In this document: in pieces, positions 1 through 10,305 of the stretch | How the letters are laid out: every line of letters begins with the position of its first letter | Numbering within the stretch: position 1 is the first letter of the stretch | Source of the DNA: an uncultured bacterium | GTDB lineage: Bacteria; Babelota; Babeliae; Babelales; Babelaceae | Length of the DNA: 64,000 nt | Assembly: GCA_963819815.1 (NCBI GenBank) | Contig: CAWFXL010000001.1 | Span: forward strand, 1,184,001-1,248,000 | Direction: 5' to 3' | Position numbers and translations under genes: made by a program | Notes under the pieces: model-generated | Seen by the model: only the letters and a program-made list of their open reading frames with translations | Database searches by the model: none | Told to the model about the DNA's origin: nothing

Positions 1-686
1 TCTTGGTGGTTTGCTTTGGGAATATGAACACCTTTTTGAAGTGTTCTCACAAATTTAAGTTGCCCATTAGTTATGAGACCTATCGTAGTCTCAAAAGTTC
101 CCATCTCGACCAAGGCTATGGTTGCATTGCCTTGTCCGGGAATTGTTTCATAAAGACTATAGAGCTCTAGAATCCCCACAGAAAGCTTATTAAGAGGAAG
201 CTCAGCATCTTCAAAATATTTTTCAAAACGGGCTATGCTATCTCGCTTCATCGCAGTTACAAGCACATTGGTCTTTTGCGCTTCTTCATTTGTTCCGATG
301 ATGATACCATCTACTACCCCGTCAGCAAGATTGAAGGGGAGTTGTGGTTCTACTTCAAAAGGGATCACAATCTTAACTTTTTTAGCTCCAATAAACGGTA
401 ATGTCAGCTCCTTAAAAATCGCATACGAACTTGGAATTATCCCATAGATTTCATGATAGGATCCAAGTTTCATTTTGAGATTCTTGAGCGCTACAACCAC
501 CTGCTCATCAAAGCGCTCTGCACCATGGAATCGTTCAGTAAGTACGCTCTCTATAGTGCGAGATCTTCCTTTCAGTACAATCACTGTTGCATGGACACTC
601 TGTTTTGTAATCTCGATACTTACAATTCTATGAGCTAAGGGGTAATAAGAGCCTATGCGCTTTGGCAAAAACAATGAGACAATCAT
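1..686 (-). CDS. PilM/GspL-like (actin-like fold) secretion/pilus assembly protein, 3' end runs off the window
   Basis: Not in the ORF track. Hand translation from ATG 686, which overlaps the gspD TGA (ATGA), stays open to the window edge: MIVSLFLPKRIG...IVSIEIT...AIFKELTLPFIGAKKVKIVIPFEVEPQLPF...ALVEMGTFETTIGLITNGQLKFVRTL. Pattern typical of PilM/GspL cytoplasmic domains; directly downstream of the secretin. Confidence 0.75.
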   Translation of the reverse strand, partial: MIVSLFLPKRIGSYYPLAHRIVSIEITKQSVHATVIVLKGRSRTIESVLTERFHGAERFDEQVVVALKNLKMKLGSYHEIYGIIPSSYAIFKELTLPFIGAKKVKIVIPFEVEPQLPFNLADGVVDGIIIGTNEEAQKTNVLVTAMKRDSIARFEKYFEDAELPLNKLSVGILELYSLYETIPGQGNATIALVEMGTFETTIGLITNGQLKFVRTLQKGVHIPKANHQ

Positions 687-3508
687 GCAAGGACTCCTTC
701 TTGGTCAACAAGGTCTAGAAGCCCTTGGCGCTTTTCTGGTGAAGACGAACGTGCTGGTTTTGTTTCTAGCGGAGAATCGTCCAAGTTGGCTTGTTTACGC
801 TGTGAGGCATCTATGTACCGTTGTTGTGTAGCCACAAACTTATCAAGAGCGCTGGCCTGTTTCTCTTTATGATCACTGAAGAACCATCGATGTATAGGGT
901 CACGTTTTTCAGAGCGCGAGCGCATAGAATACAGTGAGTCTTTAATGTCATTGATATGTCCAAAGGTATAGGTTTCAACGACCTCAGGTTTGATAATCTC
1001 AGGGCAAATGAGAATGAGAAGACTTGTGCGTTCAACAGTTTTCTTTTTACTCTTAAAGAGCCATCCAAGAAGCGGTATATCACCTAGAACAGGTACTTTT
1101 TGAATGGTCTCTGAGATCGTATCTTGGATAAAGCCGCCAAGAGCAAGAACCTCGCGGTTGGCAAGGAGTGCTTCGGTACTTATTTTTCGAATAATACGGT
1201 TCTGTGTAGTAGCATCGGTAAATTGGCCGAGCTCAACGTATACATTGAGATCAACCATATCATCATAACTTATCTGCGGGGTGATGACGATTCTAAGATC
1301 TGCAGAGAGGTCACCTTGAGCCTGAGTCTGGGTTTGACCTGTTACGATTGAGGTAGTAGTACGTCGCGTTTCCCCCACTTTAAATTCAGCCTTGTATTTA
1401 TGAGTTGCGATAAGGAACGGGTTAGCAACGACGCTGGTTCGCGTATATGATTCAAGTGCTTGCAACAGGCCGAAGAAGCCAAACATGTCTTGTCCGAGGG
1501 TCACCAAGGTACTTCCTGCCTGAAATGGTGAAACCCCATTGACACTGTTTGCAAGATTAATCAGATTGCCAAGTAGGCGCACTGCTCCGTTAGGAACTTG
1601 AGTGGGAGTCGTTCCTGAAGGAGGATTGGTAATGATAGGTCCAAGCATTGAAGTTTGGAAGTTAATATTGTTTTTTCCTAGGATGCTATCAAGGCCTCCA
1701 GTTCCGTCGCAGCAGGCTACACTATTTCTTAATTGAGTTCCTAACTCATTGGTATTGGTAAGATCAACGTTAAGAATAAGAATCTTGATGATCACTTGGG
1801 GCTGCTCGACATCAAGTTTTTGAATGACCTCTCTCAGTTTGAGGAACTCTTCATAATCAGCATTGATAATGAGCCTGTTAGCTGATGGTTCATCGGTAAT
1901 TCTTACGGTAGGTTTAAAGAACTTATTGCCATCGCGGACACCCCCCACGAGGGCGGGCGCAGTGTTAGCAGGATAGGAGTTAAACTTCTGTATGACTTCG
2001 TTTAATATTTTTGCAAGCGAAGTTGCGTCGATGTATTTAAGTTGAATGATATGTAATGGAGAAAACGGTAATTCAAGTGTCTTGTCGACATAGGTTTTCA
2101 CAAAGTCTTCAAAGCGCTTAATATTTTCGTGTGTACCTAAAACGATGAGCGAGTTGGTATAAGGCTCCTCAAATACTCGGGTAGCTTCAGTAAAGTATTG
2201 TGTGGTACTCGGTTTTCTCTGGCGCATATAGGGATTGAATGTGGCGCTCTTCGGGTCTTTTCCAATTAATCGATAATAGAGCTCTCGAACTTCACGTGCA
2301 TCTGTATGTTTTAATCGGATGATGGAGAGAGTTTCGGGTAATGTTACTTGGTCGATTTCCCTGAGAATGCCCATGACCGATTTAATATTTGCGGCCTTAT
2401 CAGTGATGATAACAGCACGTAGTGCTGGTACTTCGATAATAGGTGCAGAAGAGCCACTTTTAAGTTGTTCAATTATTTGAACAACCGTAGAGAGATCGGC
2501 GTTCTCTGCAAAGTATACATACCGAATTTTTGCATCGGTGTTTGGAAGTAACTCAGGATCGATGCCGATAAAGGTAGGCATCGGTTCACGGTTAGCAGAT
2601 GGTTTATCTCGTGAGGCGCTTGCAGTGACTCGGTACGTTCGTGGCTGTGTTGCAGGAATAATAGAGAACCCAGCCATTTCAAGGAAGGTAAGTCCAATAT
2701 CCCAGGCCTCCTTCAGTGAAAGGGGGACCATAGACTTAAAAGTTATTTTAGTACCCGCTAACGGTTGGAGCCCCTCTGCACGATTAGGCTCGACATAATC
2801 ATCTAGAATAAACGTAATGTTAAGAACATCTGAAAGGAATTTAAGCAGCTCGGAAATTTCTTCATTATCAAAATTCATTTCAACACGTTCTTCAGGATCA
2901 GCCCCTTTCCAGGGCTCGAGATACTGTCCTAAATAAATAGCTCCCGATGCGGTAAGTTTTTTAAGTGCTTGCTCATTCTCCTGTTTTTGCTCTTGATCAG
3001 TAAGCGAAGGAAGCTCTCCTGGTAAGGTAACATCGGCCATAGTGACCGTTGGCACCAGCTCATGTTCACGCTTAGAGGGAGCTACTTTGCCTGACTTGCT
3101 ACCTTTTTTAGACTTGCCAGGAGGTACCGGTTTGTGCTGCACTTGGGGAATATCAATGATATCAAGCACATCCTGCGCTGGCTTTCGTTTGGTTTCTTTA
3201 GGCTGATCTTTTTGGTCGCCAAGCGCAGGTACCGAACCAAAAGGAATATTCGTAATTTCAACATTTCCACCCGCAACAGATTCTTTTTGGGGCTTAGCGG
3301 GTTCTCCACCCTTTGGCTCTTGGGGGGGCTTTTCAGGAGAAGTTTCTGGCGCGGAGGGAGCAGTAGATACAGAGGGTAGCATGTCACTAAGCTTACCTAC
3401 GTTATCTTGGCTGCTTGGGCTTTCGACGGCTGTCTCAGCCTTAAGGTGAGCTAATCCGCCAACAAGAAGAACCAACATTAAGGTCAAGCGAATGAGCATG
3501 TACTTCAT
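683..3508 (-). CDS. gspD: Type II secretion system secretin (GspD family) with long Pro/Lys/Glu-rich N-terminal extension
   Basis: Signal peptide, N0 domain (MNFDNEEISELL), N-domain repeats (IIRLKHTDA, IIQLKYIDA) and secretin signature GGFIQD...KVPVLGDIPLLGWLFK. Confidence 0.93.
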   Translation of the reverse strand: MKYMLIRLTLMLVLLVGGLAHLKAETAVESPSSQDNVGKLSDMLPSVSTAPSAPETSPEKPPQEPKGGEPAKPQKESVAGGNVEITNIPFGSVPALGDQKDQPKETKRKPAQDVLDIIDIPQVQHKPVPPGKSKKGSKSGKVAPSKREHELVPTVTMADVTLPGELPSLTDQEQKQENEQALKKLTASGAIYLGQYLEPWKGADPEERVEMNFDNEEISELLKFLSDVLNITFILDDYVEPNRAEGLQPLAGTKITFKSMVPLSLKEAWDIGLTFLEMAGFSIIPATQPRTYRVTASASRDKPSANREPMPTFIGIDPELLPNTDAKIRYVYFAENADLSTVVQIIEQLKSGSSAPIIEVPALRAVIITDKAANIKSVMGILREIDQVTLPETLSIIRLKHTDAREVRELYYRLIGKDPKSATFNPYMRQRKPSTTQYFTEATRVFEEPYTNSLIVLGTHENIKRFEDFVKTYVDKTLELPFSPLHIIQLKYIDATSLAKILNEVIQKFNSYPANTAPALVGGVRDGNKFFKPTVRITDEPSANRLIINADYEEFLKLREVIQKLDVEQPQVIIKILILNVDLTNTNELGTQLRNSVACCDGTGGLDSILGKNNINFQTSMLGPIITNPPSGTTPTQVPNGAVRLLGNLINLANSVNGVSPFQAGSTLVTLGQDMFGFFGLLQALESYTRTSVVANPFLIATHKYKAEFKVGETRRTTTSIVTGQTQTQAQGDLSADLRIVITPQISYDDMVDLNVYVELGQFTDATTQNRIIRKISTEALLANREVLALGGFIQDTISETIQKVPVLGDIPLLGWLFKSKKKTVERTSLLILICPEIIKPEVVETYTFGHINDIKDSLYSMRSRSEKRDPIHRWFFSDHKEKQASALDKFVATQQRYIDASQRKQANLDDSPLETKPARSSSPEKRQGLLDLVDQEGVLA

Positions 3509-4719
3509 GAGTTAGCTCCTGCTGATAAGGAAGGTGAAGGCATGTTTTCAGGTCTTCCTCCATACCGTTTCATTGCATCAAGATCACGCTTTTTAATATC
3601 TTTTATATCGTTGCGCGCGGGCGTAGTTGGAGCTTGTGGTAGTACGGGAGCTACTTGAGCAACCGAAGGCCCATTTTTTGGTACGTCGTTCTGAGCTACT
3701 GGCTTCTTAGCTGCTACTGGTTGCGAAGGGCTCGGAGCTCTGCGTTGCGTACCGTCATCTTCTGTATCGAGCCTTGCTGTTGGATCTGCAATATTAAAAA
3801 GTGTATACGTGTTTACATTGAGGGTATTATGGCGCATATATTGAACAGGTATCTGGGCACCTAGTTCAAGTGATGCTATCTCATTAAAGAGAGCCATGCG
3901 CTCAGCTGATGAAACGGGAGCTGTTGAAAGGATCTTGGTAATAATATCTCCAGGCTCAAAGCCACCTGCAAAGCCGATCGATGTTTTCTTCATCTTGCCT
4001 ATTCGTACCCCAGCCGGCTTCCCTGCGCGGGATACGGTAGTGAGGTCGAGCATTTCAATAAGGTCTGCAAGGGAATTCACACGAGACTTAAACTCTGTAG
4101 GATTTATTAGGAAACTATGCTCACTTTGTTGTTGTAGTACTTCTGACCAACTTGTATCTTGCAGGATGGTAGTATCTTCTTTGGCCTCGTTTGAGTAAAC
4201 ATATATCGTTTCTTGCTGTCCGTTTGATCGTACTACAAGAACTTTTTTCGGTAAGATTCGTAAGATGTAGGCATCGAGTACTTTGTCACCGACTTTGAAC
4301 GACTCAGTCTTTCCTGTATTGGTGTTAACAAAAGATACCTGAGATTTCATTTCGTTGTTTGATCCGATAATACCGGAAATTTTGAGTGGTAATGGCTTTA
4401 AAAATTGAATAGCCTGTTTAGGTTTGCTCCTTACCGGAATACGTGCGGGTGGTGTAGGAATAGCTGGAAGTGTTTCTAAGGATTTGATGGGTATAATAGC
4501 GGGACGATAGGTGCCAAAAAGATCGTGTTCTTCGTAAATAACACTGACATCTCGCGGTGCTGCTTCTTCTTTCTTGCCAACTTCAGGTATCGCGGTAACT
4601 TTGATAGCAGCGGCCTTTGGAGCTATAAAAAGTGATTTCATGGAATAGAGGATGAATGCAAAAAGTGCCACAAGGATTATCGCGAATAAACTTGTGATAA
4701 TCCACAGAGGGCTTTTCAT
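3505..4719 (-). CDS. gspC: Type II secretion protein C-like (TM anchor, HR domain, PDZ domain)
   Basis: N-terminal TM, LKISGII...FKVGDKV HR-like region, PDZ-like GFEPGDIITKI; stop overlaps the gspD start. Confidence 0.75.
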   Translation of the reverse strand: MKSPLWIITSLFAIILVALFAFILYSMKSLFIAPKAAAIKVTAIPEVGKKEEAAPRDVSVIYEEHDLFGTYRPAIIPIKSLETLPAIPTPPARIPVRSKPKQAIQFLKPLPLKISGIIGSNNEMKSQVSFVNTNTGKTESFKVGDKVLDAYILRILPKKVLVVRSNGQQETIYVYSNEAKEDTTILQDTSWSEVLQQQSEHSFLINPTEFKSRVNSLADLIEMLDLTTVSRAGKPAGVRIGKMKKTSIGFAGGFEPGDIITKILSTAPVSSAERMALFNEIASLELGAQIPVQYMRHNTLNVNTYTLFNIADPTARLDTEDDGTQRRAPSPSQPVAAKKPVAQNDVPKNGPSVAQVAPVLPQAPTTPARNDIKDIKKRDLDAMKRYGGRPENMPSPSLSAGANS

Positions 4720-4883
4720 ACAATAGTATCCTTGCTAACCTGCTTATCCGAATTCGATCATTCTTCCTAGCATAGTTTACTGTAAGTTATATTTTTGTAA
4801 ACTTTACCCACAGGTTTTGTAAGCGTTTTCAGATTTTCTTTAAAAGCATCAAGAGATACTTTTATGGACCTTGACACAAAAAA

Positions 4884-5849
4884 TTATGGTGTCGGAACGG
4901 TAAGCAAAATTTTCTTAATAAGAATATCAGGTGTGATATTTTCAGCCTCGGCGTCTACCGTGAGTACGATACGATGCCTTAAAATAGGCAGTGCAACTGC
5001 TTTAACATCATCAGGGGTTACAAACGTTCTCTTTTTTAGGAACGCGTGAGCGCGACTTGCTTTATGCAGAGCCAGGGTTGCTCGCGGAGATACTCCGTAC
5101 AATATATATTTTCTCAACTCTTCTAGGCCGTAATTTTGGGGAGCTCTTGTTGCAAAGGCAAGAGACACAATGTAGTCAAGAATTTTTTCATCGCAATAGA
5201 TTTGGTCAACCGTTTTTTGAGCAGCGAGGAGTGTTTCTTTATCAAGCACCGGCTTGATTTCATCAACATCACGGTCTCTTCTCAATATCTCTTTTTCATC
5301 TTGGGGACTTGGATAGTGTATAAGGAGCTTGAACATAAAACGATCTACCTGTGCCTCTGGCAATCTATAGGTTCCTTCTTGTTCAAGTGGGTTCTGTGTT
5401 GCAAACACTAAAAAGGGACGATCAAGCATAAAGGTTGTTGAGCCAATGGTGACCTGATGTTCTTGCATAGCTTCAAGTAGCGCAGCTTGTACTTTTGCAG
5501 GTGCCCTATTTATTTCATCGGCAAGAATTAAGTTCGCGAAAATGGGCCCCTGTTTGATTTCAAAGTCTGCAATTTTTTGATTGTAGATGGGTGTTCCAAT
5601 AAGATCAGAAGGAAGTAGATCAGGAGTAAATTGTATGCGCTTGAAAGAAAGACCCATGGCTTTGGTAAGCGCTTTAATCATCGTTGTTTTTGCGACTCCT
5701 GGTACCCCTTCGAGCAAGATGTGTCCATCACACAAGATACCAAGAAGCATGTAATGAATGGTGTCATGTTGTCCGATGATAACTTTTCCAACTTCATCGG
5801 TGAGTTTCTGAAACGCGGTACTTTGTTCAGTAATGGTAGTATCGGTCAT
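4884..5849 (-). CDS. moxR: MoxR family AAA+ ATPase
   Basis: GHILLEGVPGVAKT, RIQFTPDLLPSD, LADEINRAPAKVQAALLEAM, ATQNPLEQEGTYRLPEAQVDRF. Confidence 0.95.
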   Translation of the reverse strand: MTDTTITEQSTAFQKLTDEVGKVIIGQHDTIHYMLLGILCDGHILLEGVPGVAKTTMIKALTKAMGLSFKRIQFTPDLLPSDLIGTPIYNQKIADFEIKQGPIFANLILADEINRAPAKVQAALLEAMQEHQVTIGSTTFMLDRPFLVFATQNPLEQEGTYRLPEAQVDRFMFKLLIHYPSPQDEKEILRRDRDVDEIKPVLDKETLLAAQKTVDQIYCDEKILDYIVSLAFATRAPQNYGLEELRKYILYGVSPRATLALHKASRAHAFLKKRTFVTPDDVKAVALPILRHRIVLTVDAEAENITPDILIKKILLTVPTP

Positions 5850-6182
5850 AGTTTTTCTCTCATGATAGCCTGGGTATGTAGTTTATAGTGGCAGTATACC
5901 ATAGATTCTTATGACGTTCTACTTGCGAATAATTATAAGGGTGGGAATATGAGCGATTGTTTTTAAAAATAAACTTATTTTTTGGTCTGCAACTTGTATA
6001 AAGACTGATCATATTAAAGTGTCTTCGGCGTAGTTGGCTCTCGCAGTTAGGGTGTCTTTATCCGACATCACCTCACCTATCCTAACTATATCGTCACATT
6101 AGTTAAAAACTTGTTCCCGATAGGTCTTGCCAAGCAAAGAAGAGCTTCTTCATACCCCTTACGCCAGATGGCATTCCTCTAG

Positions 6183-6226
6183 ATCTCGTAATCCCACAAG
6201 TAATTTGCCTTGTGGGATTACGAGAT
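6183..6226. terminator. Perfect 18-bp inverted repeat, probable terminator of the 6332-7690 gene
   Basis: atctcgtaatcccacaag (6183-6200), 8-nt loop, cttgtgggattacgagat (6209-6226); about 100 bp past the gene's stop. Confidence 0.65.
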
Positions 6227-6331
6227 TAAGTATCATTTTGCAAAATCATATCATAGAATACTATGTTCTAAAGGCTTTAAACCAAAAGAGCTTCTAATAC
6301 TCAAAGAAAATTCGTGTAAGGGATACAAAGA

Positions 6332-7690
6332 CTATCTTGCAACAGTAGCCTGCCACTGAGCGTGCAAGCCATTAAAGAGTAATTGTGCACGTTCTGCAAT
6401 AAGAGCATAGTACATATAATTAGCCCTATAGGTTACACATCCCTCAAAGTTACCGGGCTCCAACGAATTCCTTGCACTTATAATAATTTCTTTTACTGCC
6501 TCTACAATGGCGGTAAACGCCTCTAAAGGGGATGCTTGCGAGAAAGAATGTATGCTTCTCTGAAATACAATAGCTTTATGGGCTAGATCGGAAGCTCCAC
6601 TTTCAATGCCAGAAACTGCTAACCTTGCGTGTTCAAGTTTTTGCATCATATTCGGAGCATATGTTTGCAGCGACACCCTGCATTCATCGAGATTCCTTTG
6701 GCATTGCTTTTGCTCTTCTATGAATGTCTGAAGGGTGGAAGCTACGGCATTGCCCGAAACTTGGGAATGGATATTTATTGAAGAATTTGCACATGCTTCA
6801 TAAAACCCTGGCAAGAACGCTTGTGCTTCAGGTGTCTGGGCATCAAAAGAAAATAGCTGAGCCATTTTGAAATACTTGGTGTTACCAAACTCAGCCTCTA
6901 CAGGATTAACGATAGCATCATAAGCACTCTTACGACTTTCAGCGCGCTGGCGTGCACCTGCTCCATGCAAGATTACATCTGTATGATACACTAGATTATT
7001 CAAAGCATCTAAGCGAGTTTTTGAAGCTACAAATTCCGCAAACATTGTTCTCAGATTCCTCTCTCTTGTGTCAATAAAATCGAGAGTTTTTGTCAGCTTC
7101 ACGAGTCCTTGTATGAATTCATCGCTGGCCCCCAAACGAGCTGAGATACTTTCAGGGTGCCGTACAAAATACTCTGCTGCATTTGTCTTAAAACTACCCT
7201 GTGCTTGTAGAAGCATTTTTTCAAATGGCTCAAATGAAAGCTCTGCAAGCGCACGCTGCACAGCTTCTGGAGAATTTTTTGTGAGAGCTAACCGATTTCT
7301 GTTCGCTTCTAGGCTCATAGCAAGGTTGCTTAATCCGCCCATGAGCTGAGTAATGAGCTCACGTAAATCAATGTGAGTAACCATGAGTGCTGTGAGGAAT
7401 TGATCTTCTTGAGTACCTTCAAACTTGTCGACAGATTCTCGGATGCTCGTAATTATTTTTGTATAGTCGGTGGTTTGACCCAAACAATTCAATAAGATCG
7501 GCATGTTTTCGCATAAAGCTTTCTCGGCTTGCAGTGTAGTACACGTAAGAGGCATAAGGGGATACAACATCTCTCTGCAGGATTTATAGTTCTCGACTGG
7601 CTGCTTTCGTACCAGAGTACTTTGGCATGCTCTTCCTTGACCATAATTTGCACATACGATCAATGTAATCGCTAGAATTTGTTTTTTCAT
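6332..7690 (-). CDS. Secreted helical hypothetical protein, paralog A
   Basis: Signal peptide MKKQILAITLIVCANYGQG; colinear with 8133-9494, sharing blocks such as LEAN.NRLALTKNSPEAV.RALAELS and FSQASPLEAF. Confidence 0.8.
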   Translation of the reverse strand: MKKQILAITLIVCANYGQGRACQSTLVRKQPVENYKSCREMLYPLMPLTCTTLQAEKALCENMPILLNCLGQTTDYTKIITSIRESVDKFEGTQEDQFLTALMVTHIDLRELITQLMGGLSNLAMSLEANRNRLALTKNSPEAVQRALAELSFEPFEKMLLQAQGSFKTNAAEYFVRHPESISARLGASDEFIQGLVKLTKTLDFIDTRERNLRTMFAEFVASKTRLDALNNLVYHTDVILHGAGARQRAESRKSAYDAIVNPVEAEFGNTKYFKMAQLFSFDAQTPEAQAFLPGFYEACANSSINIHSQVSGNAVASTLQTFIEEQKQCQRNLDECRVSLQTYAPNMMQKLEHARLAVSGIESGASDLAHKAIVFQRSIHSFSQASPLEAFTAIVEAVKEIIISARNSLEPGNFEGCVTYRANYMYYALIAERAQLLFNGLHAQWQATVAR

Positions 7691-7761
7691 GGAGATCATC
7701 CTTTTCTTGTTACATATAGTTATTTTGTTTTACTATGGCCTTCATTGGCCGTCTCTAAGAT

Positions 7762-7796
7762 TATTCTAAATTTTATTAATAGTAAAATTTAGAATA
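7762..7796. promoter_or_regulatory. AT-rich perfect palindrome (14-bp arms, 7-nt spacer) upstream of paralog A; possible operator
   Basis: tattctaaatttta-ttaatag-taaaatttagaata; a degenerate copy lies at about 9560-9595 upstream of paralog B. Confidence 0.4.
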
Positions 7797-7902
7797 GGAA
7801 GTGTGCTGCAAAATGTTGGTCACATAAAGAGTAACAAGGGAGTAAGGAGGCTGAAGCTTGTATTTGAGAATCTAGATCAATTTTGCATACCGCAACCACA
7901 GC

Positions 7903-7938
7903 TCATGCTCTTATATAAATTTGTTTTCCTTTTGTTGC
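7903..7938 (-). pseudogene. 3' remnant of an MNT nucleotidyltransferase gene
   Basis: Reads ATKGKQIYIRA* versus KREGKQIYTKA* at the end of MNT 9691-10029, at the equivalent position of the duplicated unit. Confidence 0.6.
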
Positions 7939-8132
7939 CTACGATTATGTTGCTATTTCTTCCCAAGCAATAGCTCTATGGTGACAGCCAGTTTCTGCGG
8001 TTGAGCACCGTTGTCCCGATGCTCTATGCATCTTGTCAACAAAGTAAGGTTTTCCTCGTTCCGAGATATTAAGACCCCACAAGGCTTAACCAAGGCTTCT
8101 CGTACTCAGAAAGTTTTGCGTATAGTGAAGAA

Positions 8133-9494
8133 CTATTTTGTAACTGCAGTCTGCCACTGGGCCTGCAAGCCTTTAATAAGTAATTGTGTACGTTCTGCAA
8201 TAAGTGCATAGTGTTCATAATCAGCCTTATAGGTTGTGCACTCCTCAACGCTACCTGGTTTCAACACAAATCTTGCGCCAGTAATAATTTCCTTTGCTGC
8301 CTCCACAATAGCCCTAAACGCCTCTAAGGGAGATGCTTGCGAGAAATAATGCATGCTTTCCTGAAACGCAATAATATTATGGGCGAGATCCGGAATTTTC
8401 CGTTGAATGCTACTAGCTGCTAACCTTATTTGTTCCAGTTTGTTCATAATCTCTGGAACATCTGATTGCATCATTAACCTGTATTTATCGAGGCTCTCTT
8501 CGCAGACATTCTGCTCATCACTTAGTGATTTAAGGGTGGTGGCTAGAGCATTACCTGTATATCTGGAAAGGGTATTTACTGAAGAGTTTGCGCAGGCCTC
8601 ATAAACCCTTGGCAACAATGCTTGTGCTTGGGGTGTCTGGGCATTGAAAGAAAACTGATGAGCCATTATGAAATAAAGGTTGTCACCATGCTCGGCCTCC
8701 GCGGAATTAACGATAGTATCATAATCCTTCTTACGGTTTTCAGCTCGCCCCAACGGTGCTCCATGCAACATTACTTCTGTATGATAGAGTACATTATTTA
8801 AAATATCTAGACGAGTTTTTTTAGCTATATACTCCGCAAATATTGCTCTCAGTTTACTCTCACATGCATTGCAATGATCGAACATTTTTGCGAGGCCATT
8901 GAGTCGCTGAATCCATGCATCGCAGGATCCTAAACGAGCAGATATACTTTCAGGATGCCCTATAAAATATGCTGCAGGGTTTGTTGCAAAACTTTGTTGT
9001 GCTTGTAGAAGTATTTTTTCAAAGGGCTCTGATGAAAGCTCTGCGAGTGCGCGCTCCACTGCCTCTGGAGAATTTTTTGTGAGAGCTAACCTGTTCTTGT
9101 TTGCTTCTAAGCTCATACCAAGGTTGCTTAATTGACCCATGAACTGAGTAATGAGCTGATGAAAATCTACGTGAGAAAGCATGAGTGCTGTAAGATAGCG
9201 GTCTTCTTGAGATCCCTCAGATGTGTCGACAAATTCTCGGATGCTTGGATTTTTTGCAAAGCTAGTAGTTTGATCTAGATAATCCAACAGAACCGGCATA
9301 TTGTCGCGAAAGGTTTTCTCGGCCTGCAGCGGCATATAGCCCCATATGCCCGTATCATAGTAGCTAACTGGAAGGCCTTGCACCGTTGAGTAACACATAT
9401 TTGGCTGATCTTCCACCAAAGTATTTTGGCATGCTCTTCCTTGGCCATAGTGTAAGCATATGAGAAAGAGGATCGCTAGAATTTGTTTTTTCAT
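8133..9494 (-). CDS. Secreted helical hypothetical protein, paralog B
   Basis: Signal peptide MKKQILAILFLICLHYGQG; full-length similarity to 6332-7690. Confidence 0.8.
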   Translation of the reverse strand: MKKQILAILFLICLHYGQGRACQNTLVEDQPNMCYSTVQGLPVSYYDTGIWGYMPLQAEKTFRDNMPVLLDYLDQTTSFAKNPSIREFVDTSEGSQEDRYLTALMLSHVDFHQLITQFMGQLSNLGMSLEANKNRLALTKNSPEAVERALAELSSEPFEKILLQAQQSFATNPAAYFIGHPESISARLGSCDAWIQRLNGLAKMFDHCNACESKLRAIFAEYIAKKTRLDILNNVLYHTEVMLHGAPLGRAENRKKDYDTIVNSAEAEHGDNLYFIMAHQFSFNAQTPQAQALLPRVYEACANSSVNTLSRYTGNALATTLKSLSDEQNVCEESLDKYRLMMQSDVPEIMNKLEQIRLAASSIQRKIPDLAHNIIAFQESMHYFSQASPLEAFRAIVEAAKEIITGARFVLKPGSVEECTTYKADYEHYALIAERTQLLIKGLQAQWQTAVTK

Positions 9495-9690
9495 GAGGGG
9501 GTCCTTATTACATATAGTTATTTTGTTTCACTACGACCTTCATTGGCCACCTCTAAGATTATAATAACTTTTATTAATAGCAATATTTAGAATAGGAAGT
9601 ATGTTAGTCACATAACGAGTGGCAAGGGATAAGAAGTCTAAAGTTAGTATTTGAGAATCTAAATCAAGTTTAAAGGAGTGAAACTACAAC

Positions 9691-10029
9691 TTATGCTTTT
9701 GTGTAAATTTGTTTTCCTTCACGCTTCACCTTGAAACAGAGCGAAAACATATCTGTTGTTTGCTCTTCAAATTCCACTTTCGTGTACAACAAAAGATCTT
9801 TGGCAATTCCTAGATTAAAAAGTGCCAAGTACCCTTCAAAAAGTAGTCCATTTCGATCTTTAGCGAGTTCGTTAACAATGATTAATACATCGAGATCACT
9901 ATCCTCTGTTGGCACACCCCATGCATATGAACCAAAAAGATAGATCTTGAGAGGGTTATATGTTTCAATGAGACTTCTTTTTGCGGCGCTGATTAAATGC
10001 TCGGTTGCACTTATCATATTTACCTCCAA
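9691..10029 (-). CDS. Minimal nucleotidyltransferase (MNT), no HEPN partner downstream
   Basis: IYLFGSYAWG...DSDLDVLII motif. Confidence 0.88.
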   Translation of the reverse strand: MEVNMISATEHLISAAKRSLIETYNPLKIYLFGSYAWGVPTEDSDLDVLIIVNELAKDRNGLLFEGYLALFNLGIAKDLLLYTKVEFEEQTTDMFSLCFKVKREGKQIYTKA

Positions 10030-10305
10030 ATCTCCTCAGGCTAGTGTTTAATTGTGCGATGAAATAATCTACTTTTTTTGAATATTCTACATATCCTATC
10101 TATCAGGAAGAAGTATATCAAAGTGAGCTTAATGCTTACAACTTTATTAGTTCAGATGTTGTGATTTAAAGATCTCTTTTCTCGGAACTTTGAGAGCATC
10201 AGAAAATACTCATGCTAACTCGAAGCAATGTTTTGAAAAAGAAATGTATTCATGGTATACTCGCTGCCATGGGACCTATACTTGTATACCTCATGAAAGG
10301 ACACC

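Noticed and set aside
235..638. Short plus-strand ORFs in the track
   Set aside because: Antisense shadows of the PilM-like gene on the minus strand.
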